Assembly (NCBI GenBank): GCA_965237675.1
Contig: OZ250150.1
Span: forward strand, 4,128,001 to 4,192,000
DNA: 64,000 nucleotides
Direction of reading: 5' to 3'
From: Candidatus Latescibacterota bacterium
GTDB lineage: Bacteria > Latescibacterota > UBA2968 > GCA-2709665
In this document: positions 61,849 to 64,000 of the stretch, in pieces
Layout of the letters: each line of letters starts with the position of its first letter
Position numbering within the stretch: the stretch's first letter is position 1
The notes under the pieces: model-generated
The model's database searches: none
What the model was told of the DNA's origin: nothing
What the model saw: only the letters and a program-made list of their open reading frames with translations
Program-made: the position numbers and the translations under genes

Positions 61849-62019
61849 ATGACGACGAATCTACTCTTTGTCACCACCGGCCGGCAACGCCGGGACAGCC
61901 TCCCATGCTACGGCCTCGACTTCATGCGGACGCCCGCGCTGGACCGCCTGGCAGCCGAAGAGCTCGTCGTCGACCGCTGCATCGTCCCGTCGCCGGTCTG
62001 CGTCCCGTGTCGCGCTTGA
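61849..62019 (+). pseudogene. Sulfatase N-terminal fragment
   Basis: MTTNLLFVTTGRQRRDSLPCYG..MRTPALDRLA...PSPVCVPCRA* stops immediately after the CxPxR motif. Confidence 0.75.
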
Positions 62020-62108
62020 AGAGGAATACGGAAACAAGACGGAGCACCGGGGTTGAATCCGCGTTTATCGGTGCAGCCGACGGCGTCACCATTTCTTGCC
62101 CGAGCAGG

Positions 62109-63419
62109 ATGAAAATCGAACTCAACGGCGTGAATTATCGCCTTCCCGAAGTTTCCGTCGTTGTCGTCTGTGTCGACGGTGGCGACCCGGAGTACTTTAG
62201 GGCGGCGCGGAAAGCCGGGGCGATTCCCACGATTGCGCATTTCATGGAAGCCGGGTACAGCGGCACCGCCCACTGCGTCATTCCGAGCTTTACGTGTCCC
62301 AATAACCTTTCCATCGCCACGGGCGCCCCGCCCGACGTGCACGGGATATCGGGCAATTTCTACCTGGACCGGCGGACTGGCAAGACCGTACCCATGACGG
62401 GCCCGGAGATGATGCGTTCACGTTCGATCTTCGACGTCGTTTCAAAGGCCGGCATCGAAACTGCCGTCATCACCGCCAAGGACAAACTCCGCAGACAACT
62501 CGGCAGGGGAATGGATGTCGGCAGTGGCAACGTCTGTTTCTCTTCCCAATGCGCAGACCGCTGCACGCTCAAGGAGAACGGTATTCACGATGCGCTCGGC
62601 TGGGTCGGCCGGCCATTGCCCGACATGTACTCCGATGCGCTGTCGCTGTTCGTGCTCGATGCCGGCATCCGGTTTCTCGAAAAAGACAGCCGACCGCGAC
62701 TGGCGTACCTGTCGCTCACGGATTACGTCCAGCACAAGTACCCGCCGGATCATCCGGCGGCCCTGGATTTCTATCGATCGCTCGACCGGCGGTGCGCGGA
62801 ACTCGACCGCCTCGGTGCGACCGTGGCTCTGGTGGCCGATCACGGCATGAAAGACAAATGCGCCCCGGACGGAACGTACAATATCATCTATCTTCAGGAT
62901 CTGCTGGACAGGCGTTTCGGTCCGGAAAAAACGCGTGTCATCTGTCCGATCACCGACGCTTTCGTGGGGCATCATGGCGCTTTGGGGGGATTTGTGCGGG
63001 TGTACTGCTTCGACACCCTGAAGGTCAGCGACTCGATTCGCTTTATGGAATCGATCGAAGGGATCGAAGCAGTCATAGAGCGCGCAGACGCGGCGGCCCG
63101 TTTCAATCTTCCTGTCGATGTCGAGGGCGACGCGGTCGTGATCGCCGCTGACGCGTTCTGTGTCGGCATGACGCCGGGCGATCACGACCTTGAAGGTCTG
63201 CACGGGGAGCGCCTGCGTTCACACGGCGGCCTCTCGGAGCGGGAGGTGCCTTTCATCCTCAACCGCCCGCTCAACGGGGAATACCTGGCGCGCGCAGCGT
63301 CGGAACAACTGATGAATTACCACATATTTGAATTTGCGTTGAACGGCGTTATATGCGATGGCGAGTACATTGCCCAAGGTAGTACGCCGGTTTGCGACAT
63401 CCGACGACGAACCGATTGA
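62109..63419 (+). CDS. phnA: Phosphonoacetate hydrolase
   Basis: VVVCVDG, PSFTCPNNLSIATG, HGISGN, TAKDKLR, TDYVQHK, ADHGM, VICPITD..VGHHGALG, LRSHGG. Confidence 0.92.
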   Translation: MKIELNGVNYRLPEVSVVVVCVDGGDPEYFRAARKAGAIPTIAHFMEAGYSGTAHCVIPSFTCPNNLSIATGAPPDVHGISGNFYLDRRTGKTVPMTGPEMMRSRSIFDVVSKAGIETAVITAKDKLRRQLGRGMDVGSGNVCFSSQCADRCTLKENGIHDALGWVGRPLPDMYSDALSLFVLDAGIRFLEKDSRPRLAYLSLTDYVQHKYPPDHPAALDFYRSLDRRCAELDRLGATVALVADHGMKDKCAPDGTYNIIYLQDLLDRRFGPEKTRVICPITDAFVGHHGALGGFVRVYCFDTLKVSDSIRFMESIEGIEAVIERADAAARFNLPVDVEGDAVVIAADAFCVGMTPGDHDLEGLHGERLRSHGGLSEREVPFILNRPLNGEYLARAASEQLMNYHIFEFALNGVICDGEYIAQGSTPVCDIRRRTD

Positions 63420-63820
63420 GCTTGTCAACCGTGAACGGCACGGCCAACGGGTTTTGTTGGTGCTGTGAGTGACCATCTTGGTCAGATTTTCGAGCAATTC
63501 TCCGCAAAAAAACGAATTGGATATTGGTAGGACAAATCCAACAGGAGTCACGGTGAAGAAGCGGATGGGAGAGAAAACCGAACCATTAGGTTTGCCTATC
63601 GAAAGGCAGTACAAAGATCGCAAAGGAATATATCCAGGTCTGGGTCAAGTCCTAAATTTCCTGTAAAATCGTCTACCGGAGGGAAGACCTCCCTTCAGTC
63701 GGCAGCGTCGGCGAGCGCATCTGAAGTTTTCGATCCTTCTAACGGGCTTATATCGAGATAGCATCGCTAGAGAGCCACTGTATTGGCGAAACCTGCGTCA
63801 CGTAGGAATCGCATACTCGG

Positions 63821-64000
63821 TCATATTTCTGTCGGGAATTTATCGACCGCCAACTGCATGTCATCCAGAACTTGCTTTCGTCGAGCTAGCGTCTCATGCC
63901 ATTCTTGTGCCTCTCTATCCTTGAAGAAATCGGCGTCTGGTGAAAGTCTACCTACGGCGCCTTCGACTTCCTCAAGGCTTACTCTAAAGAACTCCTTCCT
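63821..64000 (-). CDS. 3' end of a DUF4041 / T5orf172 (GIY-YIG-like) domain protein, entering from the right edge
   Basis: RKEFFRVSLEEVEGAV...DFFKDREAQEWHETLARRKQ...FPTEI*; lower GC than the rest of the window. Confidence 0.7.
   Translation of the reverse strand, partial: RKEFFRVSLEEVEGAVGRLSPDADFFKDREAQEWHETLARRKQVLDDMQLAVDKFPTEI

Noticed and set aside
62017-62019. TGA after the sulfatase CxPxR motif as selenocysteine or read-through
   Set aside because: Downstream sequence is not sulfatase-like and reaches another stop within about 30 codons, consistent with truncation
1-64000. CRISPR arrays, tRNA/rRNA genes, IS elements, integrases, tandem repeats
   Set aside because: No regularly spaced repeats, cloverleaf or rRNA signatures, or transposase/recombinase motifs were recognised by eye; short RNAs could have been missed

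Overview
About 60% GC bacterial chromosomal window, densely coding. A secreted protein with an NPFNP/FlgD-Ig C-terminal sorting domain suggests an FCB-group lineage such as Ca. Latescibacterota (inference). The standard genetic code applies, since TAG, TGA and TAA all end well-conserved genes. From left to right: (1) a minus-strand hydrolase/catabolic operon with a transglutaminase-like protein, an active plus a catalytically degenerate CE7 esterase, an atypical class-V PLP enzyme, a D-2-hydroxyacid dehydrogenase and a CehA/McbA-like protein that runs off the left edge; (2) an OYE flavin oxidoreductase; (3) purN-purC-mreB-mreC and galU; (4) a cohesin/FlgD protein, a GILT/thioredoxin multidomain protein, pcm with an apparent lipobox and DUF402; (5) ccsA/hemX-sirC-hemA-hemC-cobA/hemD; (6) anmK, GT2, DUF2723 (TMEM260-like) and MATE; (7) assorted metabolic genes; (8) a beta-helix, CBM9-like, ABC, ABC, DUF1854, cupin cluster in which the second ABC gene has a single in-frame TAG; (9) a double-length (~1900 aa) uvrA; (10) STAS and sugar-catabolism genes; (11) a decay zone with Gfo/Idh/MocA and sulfatase remnants around phnA; (12) a lower-GC right edge carrying the 3' end of a DUF4041/T5orf172-like gene. 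No rRNA, tRNA, CRISPR array, integrase or transposase was recognised. All family calls come from motif recognition by eye, not from database searches.
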